DNA from: Polyangiaceae bacterium
GTDB taxonomy: Bacteria > Myxococcota_A > Polyangia > Polyangiales > Polyangiaceae
Assembly: GCA_044376115.1 (NCBI GenBank)
Contig: JBILLK010000020.1
Span: 128,001 to 192,000 of the forward strand
Reading direction: 5' to 3'
DNA: 64,000 bases
Shown: positions 37,700 through 46,812 of the stretch, piece by piece
How the letters are laid out: each line of letters opens with the position of its first letter
Numbering within the stretch: position 1 is the first letter of the stretch
Translations under genes and position numbers: made by a program
Notes under the pieces: model-generated
What the model was told of the DNA's origin: nothing
Database searches by the model: none
The model's input: only the letters and a program-made list of their open reading frames with translations

Positions 37700-38388
37700 G
37701 GCAGCCTCAGCGGGTTTACTAGCTTCCGCAACTCGTCGCTCACGGCGCACCCCAGGGTGGGTAACTCAACAGGAGCACCGCCTGAGCGCAGCTCATCGAT
37801 AATGGCAACATCGCGGACATCAGCGCCTTGCTTCTCGCGGGTATACCCGCCTGAGTAGCGGACCCGCCCCGTGGGGTCTGCGATCACCAGCAGCGGAGCA
37901 GCCTCGACGTGGTAGCGCTCCTTCAGCTCGGCTGGTGTTGCCGCAATGACGGTGAACCCAGCGTGCTTGAGCTTTGCGCCGTATTCCTCTCCGTTCCCGA
38001 CTAGCAATACTCGCTCCTGGACCCCCGAAGGTCGCTTGCGTTCGACGAGATGCTGAACGAGGCGCTGCGAACATCGGCATTGCGCGTAGAGCACGTGCAG
38101 TACGGACCAATCGCTTGATACCGTTGCAATCCCCTCGGAGCGCGAGGATAGCTCGTTCATAGCTCGGCCGAGCGCCGGGTCGTCAGCCGTGGGGGTTGGC
38201 AGGCGAAGCTCATGGCGCGCCATCAATGAAATAGCCACCACGCTGACGGCTCCCCCCCAAAGGACCATCCCGACTTGGACAATACCTCGGCGGACTCTGG
38301 CCTGCCCAAACAGACTTAGCCAAAGCCGACTTGGACCATCCGGTCCAAGCTCGACGTTCCCTGCGCGACTCGGCTGCAATGGCTTCAA
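37696..38388 (-). CDS. Membrane-anchored thioredoxin-like protein with CxC motif
   Basis: N-terminal TM; HVLYAQCRCS; APLLVIADPTGRVRYSGGYT; C-terminal LPTLGC. Confidence 0.65.
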   Translation of the reverse strand: MKPLQPSRAGNVELGPDGPSRLWLSLFGQARVRRGIVQVGMVLWGGAVSVVAISLMARHELRLPTPTADDPALGRAMNELSSRSEGIATVSSDWSVLHVLYAQCRCSQRLVQHLVERKRPSGVQERVLLVGNGEEYGAKLKHAGFTVIAATPAELKERYHVEAAPLLVIADPTGRVRYSGGYTREKQGADVRDVAIIDELRSGGAPVELPTLGCAVSDELRKLVNPLRLP

Positions 38389-39446
38389 AATAGCATTACA
38401 TCTCCGGCGTCCGGGATGCCCGCCACCTTGGATTCCAGCGCGACGACCTCACCGGCGTTGACCGACCGGTATGAAGTCGCGGCCTTGAACGTACCAACAA
38501 CGGCTGCGCCCTTTTCCGTGACCCGGGCCTCACCGGCACCAGAAACGGCGATGGCCGCCTCCACGCGGTTGGCCATCTCGAGCACATCATTCTCGATAAT
38601 GCGCAGACTCTGCGCGCATGGGTCTTGGAATTGCAGGTGCGACAGCGCATTCGCTGAGGCCCCAAGAATTGCCCGAAGGCGACTGTCCCCGCCTTGTAGT
38701 GCTCTATCCACTCTCGCCTTTAACTGCGCCGCTTCTGCATCGACGAGGTTCAGCTGCGCCTTCGTTTCCTCCGAAAAGCGCTGCGAACGTTCATGCAACT
38801 TTGACCCACCCGACTCAATCTCGGGCAACGCTTGGCATACCTCTTTAGCCACCTCAGCAACTAGTTTATTGGTGCCGTCTACCGCCTCTGTCAGGCGCTT
38901 CATCTCGGAGGAGATGACTCGAAACGCAGCCCCGTGTTCACCAAGGCGGCCCGATTCGATACTGGCGTTGAGTGACAATAGTCGCGCGTCAAAACTCACG
39001 GCGGAGATCTGTTCACCGAGGTCGACGATCTTTGCGGAGAGCGACATTGCGCGCTCGGCAGCCGAGCGCTGATTTGCAATGAGTACCCCTACTTCGTCCA
39101 AGTATTGCTGAGTCGAGAGTGACTGCTCCGCAACGAGGCTAGCCACCCCCTTCGAGCCCGTACCGGCCAATGCTTCGAAGCCGGCCTTGGCATCCGCAAC
39201 GTGAGCCCGCGCCTCGGTAACGATGCGCTCGAGCTCATCGGCTACTGCGGTTACTTCCCGTGCGGTCATTTCATTGACCCGCCCGACTCGATTGGAGGTC
39301 GCGTCAATTACCGCCAAGAGAGTCTCGTGAGTAACCTCGGTCAAGGTGGGACCGCTCGGAAGCCTGGCGGCGGTCGTTGGCTTCCCCTCTACCCAGGCCA
39401 GGAGGGCCCGCAGCAAACGGGCAAGCCTTCGCCGAACGGGGCTCAT
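38385..39446 (-). CDS. Soluble methyl-accepting chemotaxis signalling-domain protein
   Basis: Hairpin tip RLLSLNASIESGRLGEHGAAFRVISSEMKRL; LQFQD motif; no TM. Confidence 0.8.
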   Translation of the reverse strand: MSPVRRRLARLLRALLAWVEGKPTTAARLPSGPTLTEVTHETLLAVIDATSNRVGRVNEMTAREVTAVADELERIVTEARAHVADAKAGFEALAGTGSKGVASLVAEQSLSTQQYLDEVGVLIANQRSAAERAMSLSAKIVDLGEQISAVSFDARLLSLNASIESGRLGEHGAAFRVISSEMKRLTEAVDGTNKLVAEVAKEVCQALPEIESGGSKLHERSQRFSEETKAQLNLVDAEAAQLKARVDRALQGGDSRLRAILGASANALSHLQFQDPCAQSLRIIENDVLEMANRVEAAIAVSGAGEARVTEKGAAVVGTFKAATSYRSVNAGEVVALESKVAGIPDAGDVMLF

Positions 39447-39450
39447 ACCT

Positions 39451-39813
39451 CTAAGCAGCCAGCTTTTGGATGGCCGCTACCAACATGTTCGCCTTGAAGG
39501 GCTTGACCACCCAGCCTTTGGCCCCGGCGGCTTTTGCTCTCTGCATCATAGCCGGCTGCCCTTCTGTCGTTAGCATCAATACGGGCAGGCCCAAGGAGGC
39601 TGGCTTGACCGCTTCCAACATCTCCAGACCGTTCATCTTCGGCATGTTGACGTCACAGATGACGGCCGCGATGTCCTTCATCGAGCGGATCTTATCGGCG
39701 CCATCGGCGCCATCGACCGCCTCCACCACGACAAAATTGGCTTGCTCCAAAGCCATCCTTACCTGCTGCCTCACTGTTGCTGAATCATCCACAACCAAGA
39801 TCTTCTTACCCAT
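39451..39813 (-). CDS. cheY: Single-domain response regulator
   Basis: ILVVDDS, CDVNMPKMNG, MLTTE, VVKPF; 120 aa. Confidence 0.9.
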   Translation of the reverse strand: MGKKILVVDDSATVRQQVRMALEQANFVVVEAVDGADGADKIRSMKDIAAVICDVNMPKMNGLEMLEAVKPASLGLPVLMLTTEGQPAMMQRAKAAGAKGWVVKPFKANMLVAAIQKLAA

Positions 39814-39845
39814 GACATGGCCGCCTTTCTCTGCCCGCTCTAGGG

Positions 39846-40361
39846 CTAAAACATCAACAGATCGCCCTCGGGAGCGATCTCTCCACCCTCGTCTTCACCG
39901 AGAACCCAGACGAAGTCCGGGTCGATGCGAGCACTTACGTAGGTATCAACGCGACCTGCAGAGGTGGAGAAGCGAAAGGTTGATCGCTCGCCGTTCGTGG
40001 GATGTACCGTGAGCCTCTCGCCGGAGATCACAACGGGCGTTGCCATCTGCAGTTCAACCCCATACCGCAGCAGCCGATTCTTCACTCGTCCAAGAGCTTG
40101 ATTGGCGAGCTCGCCGCTCCAATCTCGAACCGCGCTTTCACTCGCACCGGTTGCGAGCGCCACTCGAGGCGCAAGCGCCAGGGTTAGCGTGCCCGAAGCC
40201 TGCGCCGAGGCGAACCCAATACTCGCGACGATCGTCGACGATTCTCGGTCCGGAACAGGCTCACCTGCCGCGTCCACTGCCAATTCATAGACCTCGAGCA
40301 GCGCCTTCACACACTCTGGCACCACTTGGTCGCTGACTTCCCGCCACGTTTGCTCACTCAC
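39846..40361 (-). CDS. cheX: CheX-family phosphatase
   Basis: SIGF...GTLTL, DWSGELANQ (ExxN), MATPVVISG. Confidence 0.85.
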   Translation of the reverse strand: MSEQTWREVSDQVVPECVKALLEVYELAVDAAGEPVPDRESSTIVASIGFASAQASGTLTLALAPRVALATGASESAVRDWSGELANQALGRVKNRLLRYGVELQMATPVVISGERLTVHPTNGERSTFRFSTSAGRVDTYVSARIDPDFVWVLGEDEGGEIAPEGDLLMF

Positions 40362-40497
40362 GGTACTTCCTCATATGCGCACCCCTGAGAACCAAACGGC
40401 TTTGTGCCCTCGACCTTGAGCATCATTCGCAGGTCCGCATTCCTACCCAGCGTGATCGTGGCGTGGGTCTGGCGTCGTGACTGTGGGCTTGCGAAAC

Positions 40498-40911
40498 CTA
40501 TGCCGGGCGCAGTTGCTTACGAAGCTTCTTGAGAAACGTCTGCGTGCACTTACCGTGCGTCGCCTCGTAATCAACAATCTCTCGGACCAGCTTTGCCTTT
40601 GCGTCGGGCGAGAGGGCTGCTGCTGCCACTTCTTTGGCTAGTGACTGGCCCTCGAACGTGCCCGGGCCCTCCACCTTGCCGGTGGCAGCTGGCTTTGTAC
40701 CGCTAGCTCGCTGATGGTGGGATGGCTTTGTCTTAGTGACATCGCGCATCCCTGTATCCTCGGAGCGCCGGCCGCTGCCATGGCAAGCTGGGCACCTTGC
40801 GGTGTTGCCAAACGAGTTCTGCAGCCGCCCGTCACCTCCGCAGACAGCGCACGAGTCAGTAGACAATGGGCGCCTGAACTTCCAGGCGCGCGAAGAGTCC
40901 GCCAACGTCAC
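40498..40911 (-). CDS. Small protein with DnaJ-type zinc-finger repeats
   Basis: CAVCGGDG and CPACHGSG (two CxxCxGxG). Confidence 0.7.
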   Translation of the reverse strand: MTLADSSRAWKFRRPLSTDSCAVCGGDGRLQNSFGNTARCPACHGSGRRSEDTGMRDVTKTKPSHHQRASGTKPAATGKVEGPGTFEGQSLAKEVAAAALSPDAKAKLVREIVDYEATHGKCTQTFLKKLRKQLRPA

Positions 40912-41052
40912 AAGGCTGGCAGAACTTAAACTGTATTTTCATTGGGCCTCCAAGAACGGCCCTTGAGACGGTACGTCCTCGGGTCACGCTATCGAGTCCG
41001 GTAGCACCGAGCAAGCTTCCTCTCTCCTCTGAACACCTTACGACGTCTGCAG

Positions 41053-42075
41053 CTAGGCTGGCTTTGCCGAGCTTTTGCCGACGACAGCCAACAGCACGAT
41101 CGCCACAACGAGTAGCGCCGCTCCGGTGAGTTCGGCCACGGCTACTGGCTTACCGAGGCCTATGAGCCATAGGCCGAGAGAAGCGGTGATGCCCGCAAGC
41201 ACGCTCGAGGCCCGGTTGACCGGGACACAGAAAGCGTTCTCACGACCGTCGAGGAGCACCAACGCACCAAAAACGCCAGTACCTTGTGAGAGCAGACCGA
41301 TGAGCATCACCAGCGCTGCGCCACGGAGCCCCCCAAGAGCAAAAAATCCGTGCCGTACCTCGAGCGCCGCTTCGTTGGAGCCGAGGGCTGCCACCAAGAT
41401 TAGAAACACGACAATCGCTGGGGTAGCGACCATCTGCTCCTCGACAAAGAACTTGCGGCCAAGGTCTCGATCGCTGGACTTTGCCTTGCCGCTCATTAGC
41501 CGCAGTCTCGCGAAATAGGCGGCTAGATAGATAACGACAATGATTGCCCCATCCAGGTCCATCGAGGCGCTCCCGCCACCGAGAGCAAGGGCTAGAGCAA
41601 CCATGCTGAGCCCGAGGGCCAACCACGCTTGCCAACGCACCGTTCGCTTGGATAGAACGTCGACGATCGGCGCTAACACCAAGACCCCGCCACGCATGAA
41701 GAGCATCATCACCAGGATCGAGGTGCCAGCAAGCGTATAGGACAACGTGGTTGTGGCGATGATCGCGGCCGTTGCCAACCCGCTCACCAAGGTGAACTTG
41801 GTTGGCGAAGGGAACTCGATCCCCCACAGCTTGCGCCGACTAGCGAAGCGCCAGTAGCGTTTGACCGTCAAGAACACCAGCATGCCGACCATCGAGGCCA
41901 CGGTGGACCAGGGCAAGATCTGCAAACCGCCTAGCTTGGGTACACCCGCCAACGTTCCGCTTGATACCGTCTTGGTCAGGGCGGTGTATGGCGCGTACGC
42001 AAGAAAGTACCCCGCTGCAAAAAGCCATATCGACGTGTGTGAATCGTCGCCATCAGCCTCGCGAGCCTTGGCCAC
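41053..42075 (-). CDS. Multi-pass membrane protein (possibly DMT/EamA-like)
   Basis: About 10 hydrophobic segments in 340 aa. Confidence 0.6.
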   Translation of the reverse strand: MAKAREADGDDSHTSIWLFAAGYFLAYAPYTALTKTVSSGTLAGVPKLGGLQILPWSTVASMVGMLVFLTVKRYWRFASRRKLWGIEFPSPTKFTLVSGLATAAIIATTTLSYTLAGTSILVMMLFMRGGVLVLAPIVDVLSKRTVRWQAWLALGLSMVALALALGGGSASMDLDGAIIVVIYLAAYFARLRLMSGKAKSSDRDLGRKFFVEEQMVATPAIVVFLILVAALGSNEAALEVRHGFFALGGLRGAALVMLIGLLSQGTGVFGALVLLDGRENAFCVPVNRASSVLAGITASLGLWLIGLGKPVAVAELTGAALLVVAIVLLAVVGKSSAKPA

Positions 42076-42086
42076 GTTGCCCGCGT

Positions 42087-42866
42087 TCAGGAAGTCCGCC
42101 GATTGAGTGAAGCGGCAATGGCGGTTGTCATCGCCACGGGCGAGAGCTTTGAGGCTGAGGCAGCGAGCTTGTTCCGGATGCCGTGAACGATCATCGGCTT
42201 ACCAGCCATCATTGCCTGATACGCTTCCAAGGCGATCGCGGCTGGCTCCGCAACGCCGCCAGACTTCTTGAACAATGCGCTCTTGTCATTCCCAGCAATC
42301 GCGCTGAACTCTGTCGCGACCGGGCCGGGGCAACTGACGGTAGCGGTTACCCCTGTGCCCCGTAGCTCGAACGCCAAGGACTGGGTAAAGGAGTTAACGA
42401 AAGCCTTCGTAGCGTAATAAGTGGTCATCCAAGGACCGGGTTGAAACCCCGCCGTGGAGCCAATGTTTAATATCCTCCCGCGACCGCGAAGCACCATTGC
42501 GGGGAGGAGCCGCCTGGTAAGGTCTGTGAGCGCAGTAACGTTGAGCTCGACCATCCCGACCTCGCGCGCGGCGTCGTTCTCCCAGAACTTACCATTGGAG
42601 CCAAATCCGGCATTGTTGACTAGCACGTCGACTTCAACGTCAGCGATGGCCGCTAGCAGCGCGTCGCGCGCCCCTGCCTCCGCGAGATCGCAGGCAACGA
42701 CGCGGGCGGACACACGGGAGGTCGACTCGAGTTCGCGTGCCAAGGCCTCAAGCTCGGGTCTTCGCCTCGCCACCAAAACAACGTTGTTTCCATCTTTGGC
42801 CAATAGCCGGGCGAGTTCTCGACCAATTCCAGAGGAAGCGCCAGTAACGAGTGCATAGCTGGTCAT
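42087..42866 (-). CDS. Short-chain dehydrogenase/reductase
   Basis: [20 protein letters not shown]. Confidence 0.93.
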   Translation of the reverse strand: MTSYALVTGASSGIGRELARLLAKDGNNVVLVARRRPELEALARELESTSRVSARVVACDLAEAGARDALLAAIADVEVDVLVNNAGFGSNGKFWENDAAREVGMVELNVTALTDLTRRLLPAMVLRGRGRILNIGSTAGFQPGPWMTTYYATKAFVNSFTQSLAFELRGTGVTATVSCPGPVATEFSAIAGNDKSALFKKSGGVAEPAAIALEAYQAMMAGKPMIVHGIRNKLAASASKLSPVAMTTAIAASLNRRTS

Positions 42867-42953
42867 GCCTCGACGGTAGCGCTGTCTACGCGCGAGCAGC
42901 TACCTTCTTTCTAGATAGGTTGTATGTTCGGCGTCCACGGTCTACGACGAGCC

Positions 42954-43967
42954 ATGCGACAAGTCTGGATCACGAAGACAGGTGCACCCGACGTTCTCAA
43001 GGTTCGCGAGAGTGCGGACCCAGAGGTTGGGCCCGGCCAAGTACGTATTCGTGTAAAGGCGGCCGGTATCAACTTTGCCGATCTGATGGCTCGGGTTGGG
43101 CTCTATCCAGACGCACCACCGGTCCCTTGCGTGGTGGGCTACGAGGTGAGCGGTTTGATTGACCAGGTCGGCTCCGGAGTGACAGGCATCGTCGAGGGTG
43201 AGCGCGTCTTTGGCATGCCCAAGTTTGGCGGATACACCGATACGCTGCTCATCGCGGCGGAGCAGGTTCAGAAGATGCCAGACGGCATGAGCTTCGAAGA
43301 GGCGGCTGCGCTACCCGTAAACTACATCACGGCCCACACGATGATGTTTGTGCAAGGCACGGTTCGCCCGGGGTCCACGATATTCATACATTCGGCAGCG
43401 GGCGGCGTTGGCATTGCCGCCATTCAGTTAGCAAAGACCCGCGGCTGCACCATCATCGGCACGGCCTCACCCCCAAAACACGCCTACTTACGAGCCCAGG
43501 GCGTTCACCACCCAATTGACTCCGCAGTAGATTGGGCGCCGCAACTCCGCGATATTGTGGGCGCGCGAGGTGTCGATCTGATTCTGGATCCTGTGGGCGG
43601 CCCTTCCTGGAAGCGGGGCTATGATCTGCTGGCGCCTTGCGGAAGATTGGTTTGCTTCGGTCTTTCGGCGGCGGCAGCTGGCAACACCCGCAGCCTCTTT
43701 AATGCGCTGATGCAGGTTCTTCAGGTCAAGAAGTTCAGCCCACTGGACATGATGAGCGACAACCGAACCATATCGGGCTGCAATATGGGCCACCTGTTCT
43801 CTCACCTAGATTTGCTCACCCCCCAGTTCGGCGAGCTAATGAGGCTTTACAGTGAAGGCTTGATCAAGCCCCATGTGGACTCGAGCTTTTCGTTCGAGAA
43901 CGCCCCCAAAGCGCATCAATTCATTCATGACCGCAAAGCGATTGGCAAGGTATTGCTCACCCCTTAG
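42954..43967 (+). CDS. MDR-family NAD(P)H quinone oxidoreductase (VAT-1-like)
   Basis: GINFADL, GYEVSG, HSAAGGVG, GKVLL. Confidence 0.9.
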   Translation: MRQVWITKTGAPDVLKVRESADPEVGPGQVRIRVKAAGINFADLMARVGLYPDAPPVPCVVGYEVSGLIDQVGSGVTGIVEGERVFGMPKFGGYTDTLLIAAEQVQKMPDGMSFEEAAALPVNYITAHTMMFVQGTVRPGSTIFIHSAAGGVGIAAIQLAKTRGCTIIGTASPPKHAYLRAQGVHHPIDSAVDWAPQLRDIVGARGVDLILDPVGGPSWKRGYDLLAPCGRLVCFGLSAAAAGNTRSLFNALMQVLQVKKFSPLDMMSDNRTISGCNMGHLFSHLDLLTPQFGELMRLYSEGLIKPHVDSSFSFENAPKAHQFIHDRKAIGKVLLTP

Positions 43968-43994
43968 TGCGCGACCGGCAATCAGCGTTGGTCC

Positions 43995-45287
43995 CTAAAC
44001 AACGGCTGAGCTGTTCTCCGCGCGGAGGGCTCCAAGTATCTCCGCTTCGAGCTCATCAAGGGAGCTCGCTGCGAGCTTGGGGCCAGCGTAAAGCTGAAGG
44101 TGTAGCTCACCGCGAAAGCCAAACGCGACCACCAAGGGAACTGGGAGGTTCTGGGTCGTGGGACCGATGATGCGAATACCGACGAGATCCTCCCCAAACG
44201 TTGCTAGCCCGTCGTCGATTCGGCCTACGTTGGTGATGACCACCCCGCGGGATAGGGGCAAATCAACGGCCACCATCGTCAAAGGCCGCACGAGTTGACG
44301 CATTAGGGAATGCGGTAGAGCACCGCAGAGGAACTCGAGCAACAATACGAGGGCCGGACCTGAAAGCCGCTGCTTGTGCTGCGCGGTTTGGCCGGCGACC
44401 GCGCTCACCGTAGCTTCAAGGTGGTTAAGCGCGTCTCTTGCGACGATCACTGCCAGTACAGCCGATATGTTTGCGGCTACCAGCCGCGGCGACGCTGCGT
44501 ACCTGCGTAGATCCATCGTATACGTGACGACGACTGGACCTGATTGCGAACGGGCACCCGCTGCTCGCGCCATCACAGCGACCAGCAAATCGTTGATCGT
44601 CGCGCCCCCACAGCGCTTCCGTAGTTCATCAAGTTGAGCCCCTGAGACCACGATTGTGCGCCAGTTGGCTTGGCCGAGCTCGGATGCAGCGTAGCGCTTC
44701 GCTCGCGGCGCGGCGTGCCGCTGACGTAGGGGCTGGAGCGCCGTTATCACCGCGCTCCCCAGCGCAAGCGGCCAATGAAACCAGCGCAGGCCATCGACTG
44801 TGCGCCAGAAGTCCCGCCGTGGTTCGACCGGCAGCGAGGGCTCACGGCCATACAGATATGCACTAAATACGTGACCAATGGCAGCTAAGCCTCCACCATC
44901 CACCGCCAGGTGCAGAACACTTACCAATAGCCGCACCTGCTGATCTTGCTCGAGCGCTACAACCCGAATCTGTCGTTGGCGCGCGGCCTCGACGGGCTCA
45001 CGCAACCAATAGTCAGTGCGACCTTCGAGCTCGACCTTGTCCTCTATTATCAGTGCATCCGAAATCGGGGAGGTCACGGGAACCCACTGATCGCTGCGGA
45101 ATCTAGCTTCGTACCGGCACCCAAGGACTGGAAAGCATTGGATCGTACGAAGCAGGGCTTGAGTTAGCTGCCGCTCCGTAAAGGTACGTTGCACGTCGAG
45201 GACGACGTGCATGATGAGTTCACCGTAATGTGGCATGCCTGCAGCAAGACCAACGTCGAGGGTTTCTGCACGCAGCTCAGTGTTCAA
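43995..45287 (-). CDS. Stand-alone condensation-domain / CoA-dependent acyltransferase
   Basis: FPVLGCRY, VLHLAVDGGG (HxxxDG), ATINDLLVA, MDLRRY, ITNVG. Confidence 0.75.
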   Translation of the reverse strand: MNTELRAETLDVGLAAGMPHYGELIMHVVLDVQRTFTERQLTQALLRTIQCFPVLGCRYEARFRSDQWVPVTSPISDALIIEDKVELEGRTDYWLREPVEAARQRQIRVVALEQDQQVRLLVSVLHLAVDGGGLAAIGHVFSAYLYGREPSLPVEPRRDFWRTVDGLRWFHWPLALGSAVITALQPLRQRHAAPRAKRYAASELGQANWRTIVVSGAQLDELRKRCGGATINDLLVAVMARAAGARSQSGPVVVTYTMDLRRYAASPRLVAANISAVLAVIVARDALNHLEATVSAVAGQTAQHKQRLSGPALVLLLEFLCGALPHSLMRQLVRPLTMVAVDLPLSRGVVITNVGRIDDGLATFGEDLVGIRIIGPTTQNLPVPLVVAFGFRGELHLQLYAGPKLAASSLDELEAEILGALRAENSSAVV

Positions 45288-45395
45288 GCGGCAAGGCTAG
45301 CAAGCTGTGGAGCGAGTGAGCCAGGTTGAGCCTTCCACAGGGTGACATGTCGCAGTTTACCTGCCTCGCTTTGCGCAGCCCTCGGGTGGAAGCTA

Positions 45396-45412
45396 CTGGC
45401 ACCGATGTTGCT
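45396..45412 (+). promoter_or_regulatory. sigma54 (-24/-12) promoter
   Basis: CTGGCACCGATGTTGCT matches YTGGCACG-N4-TTGCW with exact GG-N10-GC spacing. Confidence 0.7.
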
Positions 45413-45423
45413 CGGCGCAGAGC

Positions 45424-46323
45424 ATGCTCAAGCTCAAGCTCGCAACGGTTGTGGCAACAGGCGTTTTGGCATCGCTCGTTGGTTGTAGTGCGAAGATCAC
45501 CAACAGCGCCTGCGAGTACAACGGCGAGAGCTACAACCTTGGGGAGACCTTCCCGGCAGCTGACGGTTGCAACACCTGCAGCTGCGACGAGCAAGGCGTG
45601 GCCTGTACTGAAATGGGTTGTAGCGCCTGTGAAGGCCCCGGGCCCGACTGTGGCGCTCCACCCCCTGGATGTACGGTTGAAACGCTGTGCACCGACGAAG
45701 GCGACTGGTCGTGTGAGCTGCGCTGTGATTGTGCGGAAGCACCGCCCATCGATTGCCAAGCCCCGCCCCCGGGTTGCTTTTACGATGGCCCCGTCTGCGT
45801 AGACGGCAATTGGTCCTGCGGTGACCTCATCTGTTCCGGCGGCTGCCAAGGCCCCGAGCCGGAGTGCCCTCAACCCGGAGCCCCTGGCTGCTTCTCCTAC
45901 GCGACCTGCACTGAGTTCGGCTGGGAGTGTTTGACCCAATGCGACCCTTGCGCGGCAAAGCCTCCTGTCTGTCCCGAAGACCCGAACCCTGAGTGCTTTG
46001 TCTCTGCTGAGTGCATCGACACAGGTTGGGAGTGCATTAGCAGCTGCGGCCAGCCAAGCTGTGAGCGCCTCTACCCAGCTGGGTATGAATTACTGGTGCA
46101 AGCGGTCATCACCGAGTGTGGCTGCGTCAATCAAGCTCCTTGCGCGAGTGAGTGTGCTGGAACAGAGGCATGTGAGAGCTTCAACCCAGAAGGCGTTTGC
46201 GCAGAGTGCGTTCAAGATCAGGCGAGTAACGGTGGAACTTGCGTGGAGAACGCAGCCTTCGGCCCGCAGTGCCAAGGCGACATGGGCTGCTCGAGCTATG
46301 TCGATTGCATCCTGACGAATTGA
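45424..46323 (+). CDS. Very Cys-rich lipoprotein with VWC/pacifastin-like N-terminal module
   Basis: Lipobox LVGC; CEYNGESYNLGETF...DGCNTCSC...ACTEMGC; repeated PPxC...C...W.C units. Confidence 0.75.
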   Translation: MLKLKLATVVATGVLASLVGCSAKITNSACEYNGESYNLGETFPAADGCNTCSCDEQGVACTEMGCSACEGPGPDCGAPPPGCTVETLCTDEGDWSCELRCDCAEAPPIDCQAPPPGCFYDGPVCVDGNWSCGDLICSGGCQGPEPECPQPGAPGCFSYATCTEFGWECLTQCDPCAAKPPVCPEDPNPECFVSAECIDTGWECISSCGQPSCERLYPAGYELLVQAVITECGCVNQAPCASECAGTEACESFNPEGVCAECVQDQASNGGTCVENAAFGPQCQGDMGCSSYVDCILTN

Positions 46324-46348
46324 ACGAGCAGCCAGCGCTCGTGGATCT

Positions 46349-46711
46349 TCAATAGCTATCCATGAGTGCGTCAGCCCGCATCGCCTCTGCCCCGGGAGGA
46401 GCCTCCAGCGCACAATCGAGCGCGAGCTTTGCACGCCGGAAGGCGCGGGCGCCAACCATCCGCCCCACCTCAACTCCGCGCCGAACAAAGACCAGAACCG
46501 GCTCCGGCTCGGGCGGAAGCTGGAAGTGCTCACGCAAAGCCACCGTGGATGGCGAGCCAACGACGTACACCGGAACCTCCTCACGGTGCGCCGCCAATGA
46601 ACGGATCACCTCGAGGTCCACGGTTTCGTCGGCTAGGCACAACACCGCAAGCCCAACTCGCGAGGAGCGAAGCAGTGCTTCTCCTTCGCTCAAAACGGTG
46701 AACCCAGTCAT
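46349..46711 (-). CDS. Small thioredoxin-fold-like protein lacking CxxC
   Basis: PVLVFVRRGVEVGRMVG resembles a thioredoxin C-terminus; GGAGG SD before ATG 46711. Confidence 0.5.
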   Translation of the reverse strand: MTGFTVLSEGEALLRSSRVGLAVLCLADETVDLEVIRSLAAHREEVPVYVVGSPSTVALREHFQLPPEPEPVLVFVRRGVEVGRMVGARAFRRAKLALDCALEAPPGAEAMRADALMDSY

Positions 46712-46812
46712 ACGCGCCTCCACTTCTGTCGGAGAGCTACGCAGCGCGAATCGCTTGGTTTCGCGATTTAGCGTCTCATGCCGATTCGAGTGATGCGCTT
46801 GGTTACATGGGC

